Origin: Candidatus Latescibacterota bacterium
Lineage (GTDB): Bacteria; Latescibacterota; UBA2968
Assembly: GCA_965198115.1 (NCBI GenBank)
Contig: OZ240241.1
Coordinates: 3,776,001-3,840,000 of the forward strand
Reading direction: 5' to 3'
DNA: 64,000 nucleotides
The notes under the pieces are model-generated. The model saw nothing but the letters and a program-made list of their open reading frames with translations, had not been told where the DNA came from and did no database searches. Below, piece by piece: positions 39,416-49,582 of the stretch. A program made the translations under genes and the position numbers. Positions within the stretch are counted from its first letter, which is position 1; each line of letters opens with the position of its first letter.

Positions 39416-40677
39416 GTGCATGGTTTCATAAACATTATTACGTATGTTCTGAACATTATTTGTAGCTTATGTTCTCCTTCAAAAGGAGGAGAACAATGCC
39501 AAGACGTTCGCCTTATGTGGTGCTACTGTCTGAGAAGGAACGGGTCGACCTCGAGCGAATGGCTGGACAATATACGTTACCGTATTATCAAGTGATCCGA
39601 TCGAAAATCGTGCTTCTCGCCGCCGAGGGATTATCCAACAAGATTATCGCCCAACGGTTGGATGTCCCGCGTCCGATCGTAAGCAAATGGCGTAAGCGCT
39701 TTTTCGAAGAGCGTCTTTCGGGACTCGAAGATAGATCTCGTCCCGGGCGCCCGCCCGGTTTTCCCCCCTCAGGTGGTCGTTCAGATCAAGGCGCTGGCGT
39801 GTGAACTACCGAGCGAGAGCGGGATACCGCTCTCGCGGTTCAGCTGTTCCGAGATTGCCGCCGAGGCAGTGCAAAGGGGCTTCGTTGCCAAGATCAGCGG
39901 CGCCACTGTCTGGCGCTGGTTGAACGAGGACGCGATTCGTCCTTGGTATCATCGCTCCTGGATTTTCCCACGGGACCCGGACTTCCAAACCAAAGCAGGT
40001 AGAGTCCTTGATCTGTATCACCGCCAATGGCAAGGAAAGCCTTTAGGGCCGAGGGAATATGTACTTTCTGCCGACGAAAAGACCAGTATTCAAGCACGAG
40101 CTCGCAAGCACGTTACCCTACCGCCAGCCTCGAACAGAGCGGCACGCGTTGAAACACGAATACGAGCGGAAAGGAGCCCTGGCCTATCTGGCTGCTCTCG
40201 ACGTGCACAATGGTCGAATCTTCGGTCTCTGTGAGTCTTCTTCGGGTATCGAGCCCTTCAACCGGCTCCTGAGCCTGATCATGAGCCGGAAACCCTATTG
40301 CTCGGCAAAGAAAGTCTACCTCATCGTGGATAATGGCTCCTCGCACCGAGGGCAAACATGCATCGACCGTATCCAGGGGAAGTGGCCAAACATCCACCCC
40401 GTTCACCTTCCGATCCACGCAAGCTGGCTCAATCAGATCGAGATCTACTTCTCGATCCTCAAACGCAAGGCTCTGACACCTATCGAATTTGCATCGCTCG
40501 AAGAGCTTGAGGCAAGAATCCTCGGTTTTCAGGAACGCTACGGACGTATCGCCACACCCTTCAAATGGAAGTTCACACGAACAGATCTCGCGGAGATGAT
40601 CGACAAACTCAGGTTCTACGATACGCCCTTGGCAAAGTCTGCTTAGAATACGTCACCGTATTTGAGAACAGGAGTAC
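39416..40677 (+). mobile_element. IS630-family element type A, full-length copy
   Basis: Flanked by CTAAG on both sides; one C shorter in the slippery tract than the 33773 copy. Confidence 0.92.
39496..40646 (+). CDS. IS630 transposase, encoded in overlapping frameshifted ORFs
   Basis: As for the 33853 copy; TTTTCCCCCC -1 shift site plus a second shift at 40148-40160. Confidence 0.8.
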
Positions 40678-40906
40678 TAAGTTTGCGGGCGAGGGCTTTT
40701 TCATTCACACGGTAGACGGAGATTTCCTCTCCGTCGACTTCGACGACAGGAATCCTTTCCCCGTACTGATCCATCAGGTCCTCACTTTCGGTGATGTCGA
40801 TGATGTCGAGGTCGAAAAAGAGACGTTCGCGGACACGGTCGACACGCTTTTTCGCAACGTCGCAGAGATGACAGTCGGGCTTCGAGTAAACGGTGACCTG
40901 CGGCAT
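40643..40906 (-). CDS. Glutaredoxin-like protein (DUF836 type); C-terminus replaced by IS sequence
   Basis: YSKPDCHLCD and YGERIPVV motifs; last 11 aa read into the IS630 end. Confidence 0.9.
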   Translation of the reverse strand: MPQVTVYSKPDCHLCDVAKKRVDRVRERLFFDLDIIDITESEDLMDQYGERIPVVEVDGEEISVYRVNEKALARKLSTPVLKYGDVF

Positions 40907-41063
40907 CGGATTCCACCTTAGGGCTCATTCCGTCGTCGGCTATAGAAGAAACGGTCGGCCGAAGTCAGGGTCAAGGGCTGCCAGTTGTGTGAGCCGCTCC
41001 AAACCCTATCTTACGCCCACGCAGGATGAGAGTGCGGTTTGCGATAGACACACAGGAGCATCG

Positions 41064-43235
41064 ATGACCGAAGCACACATCAAGGAATTTTACGGTTGGG
41101 CCGAGATCGATCCGATCGAGCCGGTCGTGGCCGGTTCGACGGGCACCTGGCGCATTACCTACCACGCCGGTAAATACGGTGTCGATGATGGCGGCGTCCT
41201 GAAATTCGCCTGGCGAGATGTGAGCGACTGGGCCTATCCGCAGTTCGACGATCCACCCGCACCCAACTATGCGTCCATTGCGACGACGGGTCCGTCCTCG
41301 CTGCGCGCTCAGTTCGAGAAGCAGCGCTTCGTCCGACCGTGGAGACTGTGTGTGACGGTCGATGTGTTCGACGATTCACTGGTGGAGGGAGACACGGTCA
41401 CCCTGACGTTGGGTGACACAGCGGGGGGGAGTCCGGGTAGCCGTGCCCAGACGTTCTGCAAGGAAGCGTTCGAGTTTCGCGTGGCTGTCGATTGGTGCGG
41501 CACTTGGAAGTATACGGTCGTCCCGTCTCCGGTGTTCGAGATCGTGCCGGGGGCGGCTTCCAACCTCGTGGTGGTCGGGCCGTCCCTGACGTCGCCGAAT
41601 GAGGACGCCTGGATTGGAATCAAAGCCGAAGACGTGTGGGGCAATCCGTGTCGTGGCTACGATGGTGAGGTAACGATCGAGGACGGTGGGCTATCGGGTC
41701 TGCCCGGCTCGGTCACTTTTGGACCGGACGATCGCGGTGTTAAGCGGTTCGAGCGTGTCCGCGCACCCGAGCCCGGTGTCTTCCGGGTGCAGGCGAGCGA
41801 TGTGGACAACGGGCTCTACGCGGAGGGGAATCCGCTCGAATGTCGGTCTTCGGTATCGGGGCCTCGACCGTTCTGGGGAGACCTTCACGGGCAGAGCGAG
41901 GAAACGGTCGGGACGAATCCGGTGAAGTCCTATTTCGAGTTCGCGAGGGAGTTGGCGCTTGTGGATTTCGCGGGGCACCAGGGCAACGACTTCCAGATTA
42001 CGAAGGCCGTCTGGGATGAGATCAAGCTTCAGGCGAACCGCCAGAACGATCCGGGACGGTACGTCGTGTTCGTCGGGTGGGAATGGTCGGGTAACACACC
42101 GGTTGGAGGCGATCACAACGTCTACTATCCGAGCGATGACGGTCCCCTGCACCGATCGAGTCACGTGTTGATCGACGACAAGTCGGATGTTCAGACCGAC
42201 GCACAACACGTGACTGACCTCTATGCGGCGCTGAAAGGAACAGACACACTGCTCGTGCCCCACGTTGGAGGACGGTATGCCAACTTGTCGTGGCACGACG
42301 GCGATTTCGAATCGGTCGTGGAAGTCTACTCGGAGTGGGGCGAGTTCGAGTGGTTCTTGAAGGAAGCGCTCGAAAAAGGCTACCGCGTCGGGTTCACAGC
42401 GGGGAGCGACGATCACAAGGGAAGACCGGGGGCGGCTTACCCCGGGAGCGGCTCGTTTGGAGTCTACGGCGGGTTGACGTGTGTCCAGGCCGAATCACTC
42501 ACTCGCGAGGGTGTGTGGGCTGCGCTCCGTGCCCGTCGATGCTACGGAACGACGGGGCAGCGTATCCTGATCGACGCGAAGGCAGATGGGCATCCGATCG
42601 GGTCGGTATTCGAAGCGGATAGTGCGCCGGAAATCGTCGTGAACGTGGTGGGTACGGCACCGATCGAGCGAATCGACATTGTGCGCGGTTTGGATGAGGT
42701 CCACAGTTACCCTGCCAACCCCGAGCGATCTCACGATCGCATACGAATCGCCTGGTCTGGACAGCGGATACGGGCCCGCAACCGACTTGCTCGCTGGGAC
42801 GGATCCCTTACGCTCGAGGGTGGAACGTTGTGGGATGCTGCGGGCTATGCGTTCGATTCGGCCTCGGAGGGAATCACGGACACGACGGACAAAAGCATCG
42901 CGTGGACTTCCGTGACGACCGGGGATGCCGACGGGGTGACCTTTACTGTCGACGGGTCGGACGATGCGACGATCGATTTCCGCACGCCCATCGTCTCCCG
43001 GTCGCTCAGGCTGGGGACGATCAAGATGGGTCCAGTGACGATCGATGCGGGCGGCGTCGACATGAAGGTCGTGTTCGAGATGACGCCGGTTGGCATTGGA
43101 CGCGAGGCGAGCGTTCGATTCAGGGATGAAGACGCTCCACCCGGGACGCATCCGTATTGGATTCGCGTCGTGCAGACCGACGGATCGAAGGCCTGGGTCA
43201 GCCCCTTCTACGTCACTTTAGTTGATGGATTGTAA
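41064..43235 (+). CDS. DUF3604/PHP-like metallohydrolase domain protein
   Basis: FWGDLHGQSEETVG, GWEWSG, PHVGGR, GFTAGSDDHKGRPG and RRCYGTTG motifs. Confidence 0.85.
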   Translation: MTEAHIKEFYGWAEIDPIEPVVAGSTGTWRITYHAGKYGVDDGGVLKFAWRDVSDWAYPQFDDPPAPNYASIATTGPSSLRAQFEKQRFVRPWRLCVTVDVFDDSLVEGDTVTLTLGDTAGGSPGSRAQTFCKEAFEFRVAVDWCGTWKYTVVPSPVFEIVPGAASNLVVVGPSLTSPNEDAWIGIKAEDVWGNPCRGYDGEVTIEDGGLSGLPGSVTFGPDDRGVKRFERVRAPEPGVFRVQASDVDNGLYAEGNPLECRSSVSGPRPFWGDLHGQSEETVGTNPVKSYFEFARELALVDFAGHQGNDFQITKAVWDEIKLQANRQNDPGRYVVFVGWEWSGNTPVGGDHNVYYPSDDGPLHRSSHVLIDDKSDVQTDAQHVTDLYAALKGTDTLLVPHVGGRYANLSWHDGDFESVVEVYSEWGEFEWFLKEALEKGYRVGFTAGSDDHKGRPGAAYPGSGSFGVYGGLTCVQAESLTREGVWAALRARRCYGTTGQRILIDAKADGHPIGSVFEADSAPEIVVNVVGTAPIERIDIVRGLDEVHSYPANPERSHDRIRIAWSGQRIRARNRLARWDGSLTLEGGTLWDAAGYAFDSASEGITDTTDKSIAWTSVTTGDADGVTFTVDGSDDATIDFRTPIVSRSLRLGTIKMGPVTIDAGGVDMKVVFEMTPVGIGREASVRFRDEDAPPGTHPYWIRVVQTDGSKAWVSPFYVTLVDGL

Positions 43236-43250
43236 ACGAAAGGATACGCG

Positions 43251-44108
43251 ATGCCAACAGTGGGATTGTTGAGTCCCGGCGACATGGGACACGTCGTCGG
43301 GCAGGTGATGGTCGACCACGGTCTGAAGGTGGTGACGTGTCTGGAGGGCCGGAGCGAGCGTACGCGAGAGTTGGCGAAGGTGGGCGGAATCGGAGACACG
43401 CCATCCTACGAAGCGCTCGTCGAACAGGTCGATCTGATGATGTCCATTATGGTCCCCTCGGAGGCGTTCGGCGCGGCGGCGCGCGTAGCGGAGGCTGTGA
43501 GAGCGACGGGCAGCGATCTGGTCTACGTCGACTGCAACGCGATCGCCCCCGAAACGGTGAAGGAGATGGCGAGGGTGGTAACGGGAGTTGGTGCGAGGTT
43601 CGTGGATGTGGGCATCATCGGGGGTCCCCCGCGAAAACCCGGTGTGAATCGATTGTATACGTCCGGGAAAGACGCAGAGGAATTCGCGGTTCTCAACGAC
43701 TACGGTCTGGATGTTCGAGTGATCGGCGAGGAGATAGGCCAGGCGTCGGGGTTGAAGATGTGCTATGCTGCCCTGACGAAGGGGACCTCGGCGGTGATGA
43801 TCGAGCTGTTGAGCGCATCGAAACGGATGGGACTCTATGACAGCCTGATCGGAGAGCTCGAGACGAGTCAGCCGTCCCGTCTCGAGATGATGCAAGGTCT
43901 GACGAATGTACCTTCTAGGTCGAGGCGATGGATCGGAGAGATGGAGGAAATCGCGAAGACCTTCGGCGACCTGGGTTTGACGCCCAAGATCTATGAGGGC
44001 GCGGCGGACATCTACCGACTGGTCGGGGGCACGGCACTTGCGGACGAAACGCCAGAGACACGTGATAAGAATCGGACGTTGAGTGATCTGATCGACGCGT
44101 TTGCGTAA
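43251..44108 (+). CDS. NAD(P)-dependent oxidoreductase (3-hydroxyisobutyrate/6PGDH-like, DUF1932)
   Basis: LSPGDMG, DCNAIAP, IIGGPP, ASGLKMCYAALTKG and RWIGEMEEI motifs. Confidence 0.9.
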   Translation: MPTVGLLSPGDMGHVVGQVMVDHGLKVVTCLEGRSERTRELAKVGGIGDTPSYEALVEQVDLMMSIMVPSEAFGAAARVAEAVRATGSDLVYVDCNAIAPETVKEMARVVTGVGARFVDVGIIGGPPRKPGVNRLYTSGKDAEEFAVLNDYGLDVRVIGEEIGQASGLKMCYAALTKGTSAVMIELLSASKRMGLYDSLIGELETSQPSRLEMMQGLTNVPSRSRRWIGEMEEIAKTFGDLGLTPKIYEGAADIYRLVGGTALADETPETRDKNRTLSDLIDAFA

Positions 44109-44130
44109 TCCTTCGTTTTCGACGAGAAAT

Positions 44131-44168
44131 AAAGAGAGGGCTTCGACGATCGTGTCGAAGCCCTCTTT
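44131..44168. terminator. Rho-independent terminator
   Basis: AAAGAGAGGGCTTCGAC/GTCGAAGCCCTCTTT long stem. Confidence 0.85.
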
Positions 44169-44540
44169 CGTCGGTGTGGGATCGCGGTTCAGACTTGCTG
44201 TCCGAACAGGGGAAGAAGATCAGACAGCCCGACCGTCGTTGTATCGAATCGATCGTAGAATCGGCGCCCTACGAGTCGCTGTCGAAAGCTGTGGATCTGG
44301 CAGGAGGGCCATCACAGTGGTCTGGATAGAAGGGGCGCCATGGGGGTCTGTCCGACAGAATTGGCTTGACGCGGATGCCCGGGACGATTTACTTAGACGG
44401 CCCGTAAGTGGAAGTTTCACCCAAGGTTATGGGATTGACGCACAGGTTTTGATCGACCCACGAACCCATCGCTCTGAAGACATCTGGAAGGGCCTCCGCC
44501 GACTTCGCGGGGGCTCTTTGTCGTCCCCAGGAGAGGCCGC

Positions 44541-46127
44541 TTGGCTTTAACGTTCCAAGGCGGAGCCGTCGTCGGGCAGCCGGAGTCCGACAGCGCCGGC
44601 GTGACTGTCCTGAAGAAGGGCGGAAACGCGGTCGATGCGGCCGTGACGTCCGCCCTGCTGGGTGCGATTCTGGCGCCCGCATCGAACGGGATCGGCGGAT
44701 ACGGCGGGTGGATGATGGTCCACGCCAGGGGTGAGGCGCACTGTATCGATTTCCACACGCGTGCACCGAAGGCCGCCGACCCGAAGATGTTCGATGTCGG
44801 TCAGTCCGACGGGCGTTTCGGGTCGTCCGTTCGGGATCACGCGAACGAAATAGGGTGGAAAGCGATCACGGTGCCGGGTGTTCTGGCGGGGATGTCGCTT
44901 GCGTTGGAGGAATTCGGAACGATTTCCCTGGCCGATGCCCTCGCCCCGGCGATCAAGGCGTGCGAGAAGGGCTTCAGAGTGTCTGCATCCTATGCCGCTC
45001 GTGTGGCCCAGCACGAACAGAAGATTCGGGCCTTTCCAGACACGGCCAAGCTGTTGCTCGTGGACAAAGAGGTGCCCAAGGCGGGTGCTCGTGCAAAGAG
45101 CACGGATCTAGCAAAGATGCTCACGCAGGTGGCCAAGAAGGGCACGCGGGAGTTTTACGAAGGACGGATCGCCGATCGCATCGTCAAGTATGTTCAAGAG
45201 GCCGGTGGTATTCTGGAAAAAGAGGATCTGGCAGAGTACGAAGCCAAACTAGTCGAACCGATCAAGGGTGACTTTGGGGGTTGCGAAATCTACGCTCCGC
45301 CGCTGTGCAGCAGTGGGGCGAGCCTGGTTCAAATGTGTCGAATCGGCGAAGCCGCCCAACTCGACCTCTGGTCGAGAGACGCTGCGCGGCTCTGCCACGG
45401 AATGGTCGAGGTGATTCGTGCGGCGTGGATGGACCGGTATCGTCACTTCGGAGACCCGGACACGACTCCGGTGCCGATGGATCTGCTCATGTCCGACATC
45501 TCCCTCGGCGCGACGGCGATCGAGATTTCTTCCCACATCACAGAGGGTACGCGTGGACAGTGCCTCCTGCGCCCTCTTTACGCAGGCGGGACGACCCACA
45601 TTTCAGTCGTTGACGGCGAGCGCAACATGGTTTCCCTGACGCTGACGCACGGGCCCGTATTCGGGTCGTTCGCTACGGTTCCTCGAATGGGGCTTCTGCT
45701 CAATTCCGGGATGTCCCGTTTCGATCCTGGCCCCGGGCTCAAGAATTCGGTCGGGCCCGGGAAGTCGCCGATCGTGAACATGGCTCCGGCTCTGCTCACA
45801 CGCGAAGGCCGTCCAGCGATGACCGTGGGTGCCTCTGGTGGAACGAAGATTCCGTCATCGGTCTTCCAGGTGCTCGCACGACGGCTGGTACTGGGCGAAG
45901 ATTTCGAGTGGTCCGTTGGCGCACCAAGAGTCCATTCCGAAGGAAACGAGTGGGTGAGGATCGACGAAGAGTTTGGAGAAACCGCCCCCGACTACTTGGA
46001 GTCGATCGGTTACGAGGTTCGTGACGGGGATGCGGCGGCGAACGTCAGGGGCATTGAAATCACCGAAGACAACGAACTGATTGCTGCGTATGACCCCCGG
46101 ATGAAGGCGAAAGAAAAGGGGTACTAG
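44541..46127 (+). CDS. ggt: Gamma-glutamyltransferase family protein
   Basis: GGNAVDAAV, NGIGG, VPG, catalytic TTHISVVD, GASGG and PRVH motifs. Confidence 0.92.
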   Translation: MALTFQGGAVVGQPESDSAGVTVLKKGGNAVDAAVTSALLGAILAPASNGIGGYGGWMMVHARGEAHCIDFHTRAPKAADPKMFDVGQSDGRFGSSVRDHANEIGWKAITVPGVLAGMSLALEEFGTISLADALAPAIKACEKGFRVSASYAARVAQHEQKIRAFPDTAKLLLVDKEVPKAGARAKSTDLAKMLTQVAKKGTREFYEGRIADRIVKYVQEAGGILEKEDLAEYEAKLVEPIKGDFGGCEIYAPPLCSSGASLVQMCRIGEAAQLDLWSRDAARLCHGMVEVIRAAWMDRYRHFGDPDTTPVPMDLLMSDISLGATAIEISSHITEGTRGQCLLRPLYAGGTTHISVVDGERNMVSLTLTHGPVFGSFATVPRMGLLLNSGMSRFDPGPGLKNSVGPGKSPIVNMAPALLTREGRPAMTVGASGGTKIPSSVFQVLARRLVLGEDFEWSVGAPRVHSEGNEWVRIDEEFGETAPDYLESIGYEVRDGDAAANVRGIEITEDNELIAAYDPRMKAKEKGY

Positions 46128-46144
46128 TCGATGAAGAGGATCGT

Positions 46145-47263
46145 GTGATGGAGAGCTATCCGTTTGGCAGCGGCCGGCCTGATCCGGCGTCGTTCCCCAA
46201 TCGTGGTCTGGCCGATGCGGCCGTTCGGATCCTGCCGGAGCTGGGCGGCGAGCTCGCTCTCTATCCGGGTCCAAGAGGCTACGAGCCATTGCGCAAGCTG
46301 ATGTCCGACCGATTCGAGCGACGCGAGGGCGTTGGTCTACCCGTCGACCAGATATCATTGACGACAGGGTCGATGCAGTCGGTGACGCTGATGGCTCAGT
46401 ACTTCGTCGAGAAAAAGGGCGATGCTATCATCATGGAGGAGTACTCGTATTCGGGTACGATCGGCGCTTACAACAAAGAAGGGGCCGAGCTCTTGGGTGT
46501 GCCCCTGGACAATGACGGAATGCGGATGGATTCACTGGAGGAGGCGATCGTATCATCTTCGGCACGGGGAAAGAAACCGAAGTTCATCTACGCGCTGGTG
46601 ACGTATCAGAACCCAACCGGCTCGATCATGCCCCTTGACCGCAGAAAAGAGCTGCTCGACATCGCGCTCAAACACGATATCCCGGTCGTGGAGGATCACT
46701 GCTACGCGGACACGGTTTACGAAGACTGTCACGTGCCGGCGTTAATCACGATCGACCACGAGGCGACCGTGCTCCATATCGAGTCCCTGTCGAAGATCCT
46801 GGGTCCTGGCGTGAGGCAGGGTTATTTCTGCGCACCAGAGCCGATCTTCAGCGAGATTCTTGCGCTCAGGCGGGATGGGGGGCCGAGCACGCTGAACGCC
46901 GCGATCTGCTATGAGTTCTTCAGAGAAGGTTTGGTGGATCATCTCGAAATGATCAACGGGATCGTGAAGGAGAAGCGTGACCTGATGTTCGAGAAGCTGG
47001 CCGAGAGGTCCGACGCGTTCGAGTGGTTCAGCCGGCCCAAGGGGGGGCTGTTCATCTGGGTGAAACTGCCCGACCAGACAGATCTCGTGGCGTGCGAGCA
47101 GGCGGCTGAGGCCCGTGGCATCGATTACGCGACAGGGAAGGCGTTTCACGTCTATCACGACGACGTACCGTTTCTGCGCCTGGCCTTCGGCTACGCTACG
47201 CCCGACCAGATCCGCAAAGGGATCCCGCTGCTGGCCGAGTGTGTGGTCCAAAGCAAAAAGTGA
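46145..47263 (+). CDS. PLP-dependent aminotransferase class I/II (LysN-like)
   Basis: YQNPTG, VEDHCY, SLSKILGPGVRQG and GGLFIW motifs. Confidence 0.92.
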   Translation: MMESYPFGSGRPDPASFPNRGLADAAVRILPELGGELALYPGPRGYEPLRKLMSDRFERREGVGLPVDQISLTTGSMQSVTLMAQYFVEKKGDAIIMEEYSYSGTIGAYNKEGAELLGVPLDNDGMRMDSLEEAIVSSSARGKKPKFIYALVTYQNPTGSIMPLDRRKELLDIALKHDIPVVEDHCYADTVYEDCHVPALITIDHEATVLHIESLSKILGPGVRQGYFCAPEPIFSEILALRRDGGPSTLNAAICYEFFREGLVDHLEMINGIVKEKRDLMFEKLAERSDAFEWFSRPKGGLFIWVKLPDQTDLVACEQAAEARGIDYATGKAFHVYHDDVPFLRLAFGYATPDQIRKGIPLLAECVVQSKK

Positions 47264-47283
47264 GGCCACGCTATTCCGAAATC

Positions 47284-47316
47284 AGGGCCGATCCGGGCTA
47301 CGGGTCGGCCCTTTTT
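47284..47316 (+). terminator. Rho-independent terminator
   Basis: AGGGCCGA...TCGGCCCTTTTT. Confidence 0.8.
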
Positions 47317-47357
47317 GGTGTACTTCGACATCGTCGCCGTCGAATTCGTGCGTGACA

Positions 47358-47386
47358 TTGACGCTCGCGGGGGCCGCGGGTATATT
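47358..47386 (+). promoter_or_regulatory. sigma70 promoter of mrp
   Basis: TTGACG-N17-TATATT. Confidence 0.6.
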
Positions 47387-47406
47387 TCGCGTCGAAGGGA
47401 AACCGA

Positions 47407-48201
47407 ATGAGTGAATCACCACAAATGGCACGCCCCGCCCCTCTGCCGGGCATCGATACTCTGATCGCCATCGCGAGTGGCAAGGGAGGAGTGGGAAAGT
47501 CGACGACGGCGGTCAATCTTGCCGTCGCACTCGCCTGTCAAGGTGCACAGGTCGGTCTGATGGACGCCGACATTTACGGTCCGAACGTGCCGGTCATGAT
47601 GGGAGGCAAGGACCGACCCGACGTCGATCCCGACGGGAAGATGCTACCGCTGGAGCGACACAGCGTGAAGTTCATGTCGTTGGGTCTGATTGCGGGCGAT
47701 GGCGTGCCCATCGTGTGGCGGGGCCCTATGCTGGCCAAGATGATCACTCAGTTTCTTCGAGATGTGGCCTGGGCACCGCTCGATTACTTGTTGATCGATC
47801 TACCACCCGGGACGGGCGACGTCCAGCTGACGCTGACACAAACGGCGCCGCTGACGGGTGCGGTGATCGTGACGACGCCCCAGGCGATTGCTCTGGAGGA
47901 CGTGCGACGAGGCATCCAGATGTTCGAGACGGTGGATGTGCCGGTCTTGGGTGTGCTCGAGAACATGAGCGGATATCAATGTCGAAAATGCGGGTCGATG
48001 CACTACCCCTTCGGGTCGGGCGGTGGGAAAAAGACGGCCGATTATTACGATGTGCCGTTCCTGGGTGAGATTCCGATCGATTTGCGGGTGCGGGCGGGAT
48101 CTGATCAGGGCAGTCCGGTGTTGGTAGGATTCCCGGACAGCGCGGTGGGTCAGGCCTACGCTTCCGTTGCCGGGCGGTTGCGAGACCTTCTAGAGAACTG
48201 A
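47407..48201 (+). CDS. apbC: Mrp/ApbC/NBP35 Fe-S cluster carrier ATPase
   Basis: SGKGGVGKST, DADIYGP, WRGPM, DLPPGTGD and ENMS-x2-CxxC motifs. Confidence 0.95.
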   Translation: MSESPQMARPAPLPGIDTLIAIASGKGGVGKSTTAVNLAVALACQGAQVGLMDADIYGPNVPVMMGGKDRPDVDPDGKMLPLERHSVKFMSLGLIAGDGVPIVWRGPMLAKMITQFLRDVAWAPLDYLLIDLPPGTGDVQLTLTQTAPLTGAVIVTTPQAIALEDVRRGIQMFETVDVPVLGVLENMSGYQCRKCGSMHYPFGSGGGKKTADYYDVPFLGEIPIDLRVRAGSDQGSPVLVGFPDSAVGQAYASVAGRLRDLLEN

Positions 48202-48326
48202 AGCCTGCCCACGAAGGGGTCGCGCGGTTCCCTCCTAGCGAATCGCGTTTTATATGTTCTAAAGCTAGGCGAAACGAGGCGATACTCAGAACAGGACGTT
48301 CCTGTTCTTCATTCGGAGTATCGGCG

Positions 48327-48962
48327 TTGAATCGACGGAGACTCTACATACCCGGCGGTGTCCTCCTGGCACTCGTGCTCGGCACCCTCTACGCGAGGGG
48401 GCCGGCGGCCGAGTCGAATGGGGTCCAGCCCCGTCCAGAAGGGGCGTGGGTCAGCCTCGTAGCGGGCCAGGTCGATGTGGTGAGAGACAGGGGCACAGAG
48501 GCCAGGGAGCCTTTGCTGGGACGCACCTACGTGTATCCGGGTGACCGGATCGTGACAGGGGGAGACGGCAGGGTCGAACTGACCATGGAAAAGCCGGCTC
48601 GGATGCTGAGAATCGAGCGGGGGTCTGTGGTTACGGTAGAGGGCCGGGAGAAAGGGGGCAGGATCCCGATCGTGGGTGTCCGCGTCGATCGCGGAGACGT
48701 TTGGGCCCGGGTTTCCAGGGCTCACGAAGTTTTTGGTCTGGCCCTGGGTCGTGTAGAGGCGTGGGTTCGAGACAGTGTGATCTCCTCGCATCGCGGGGAA
48801 TCGACGCGATTCGTGGTGTTCGAAGGAGAGGCGCAGATGGCCGAAAGTGGTCAGGTGCTTCGCCCGGGGCAGGGCATTCTCATCACGGCAACGGGAGAGG
48901 CGACGCCCTACGTCGCGGATTCCACGCCCAGAAATGGTTGGCGTGTAGGCCCCCCCGGATGA
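48327..48962 (+). CDS. FecR-domain exported protein (possibly truncated by frameshift)
   Basis: N-terminal signal/TM; GDRIVTGGDGRVEL and VFEGEA motifs. Confidence 0.7.
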   Translation: MNRRRLYIPGGVLLALVLGTLYARGPAAESNGVQPRPEGAWVSLVAGQVDVVRDRGTEAREPLLGRTYVYPGDRIVTGGDGRVELTMEKPARMLRIERGSVVTVEGREKGGRIPIVGVRVDRGDVWARVSRAHEVFGLALGRVEAWVRDSVISSHRGESTRFVVFEGEAQMAESGQVLRPGQGILITATGEATPYVADSTPRNGWRVGPPG

Positions 48963-49066
48963 TGAGGTAGCGCCCACTGCGGGGGGCGATGGCGAAGTCT
49001 GGGGTCCGAGGACGTTGAGTCGCGCGATCCGCGATCCGCGATCTGAGCCCTACGATCTACCTGGGC

Positions 49067-49315
49067 GTGGAACTGGAGCTGGAGGGGCAAGGGCGTGGTG
49101 AGCGCTTTCGGGCGTCGGAAGCGCGTATACGGAAGATACGGGTGCGGTCGAGGGCGTGGGATCGTTTACGGCCCGAGAATAAGGTCGATCTGTTGAACGA
49201 AACATTCGACGTGCTCAAAAGACGCTATCCAGGTATCAAAAACGGCGTAGTTCTGGAGTTCGACGATGCTCGACCCGAACTCGAACTGCGCTACGCAGTC
49301 GATCACCGTAGCTGA
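49067..49315 (+). CDS. Hypothetical protein, probably the frameshifted C-terminus of the FecR-domain gene
   Basis: Protein-like composition; weak start; frame joins the upstream ORF if two slip events are reverted. Confidence 0.5.
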   Translation: MELELEGQGRGERFRASEARIRKIRVRSRAWDRLRPENKVDLLNETFDVLKRRYPGIKNGVVLEFDDARPELELRYAVDHRS

Positions 49316-49340
49316 TCAGAAGCAACCCCAGAGTGGATCA

Positions 49341-49374
49341 GGCCCGGCTCCCGAAAGGAAGTGGGGCCGGTTTT
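49341..49374 (+). terminator. Probable terminator
   Basis: GGCCC...GGGCC GC stem followed by TTTT. Confidence 0.55.
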
Positions 49375-49582
49375 ATGCCTATTAGTCTCACTTTCGTTAT
49401 GCTAGGTAGGACAAACAGCTTGAGTAATACCTCGTAGATGGTTACGTTTAGAGGCGCTTAAGTAAGTGGTTGCTTCTGGACGGACCTGATGGTGACAGTT
49501 CTACCGAAACATCCGACGGGGGAAACGCGTCGAAAAGACGTATGGAGCTTCGGGGGCAAAGCTGTCGATTCGGGAGAAAAGA

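Noticed and set aside
49485-49512. Hammerhead-like CTGATG...GAAAC
   Set aside because: The core lacks the required CUGANGA and no convincing stems I/III were found
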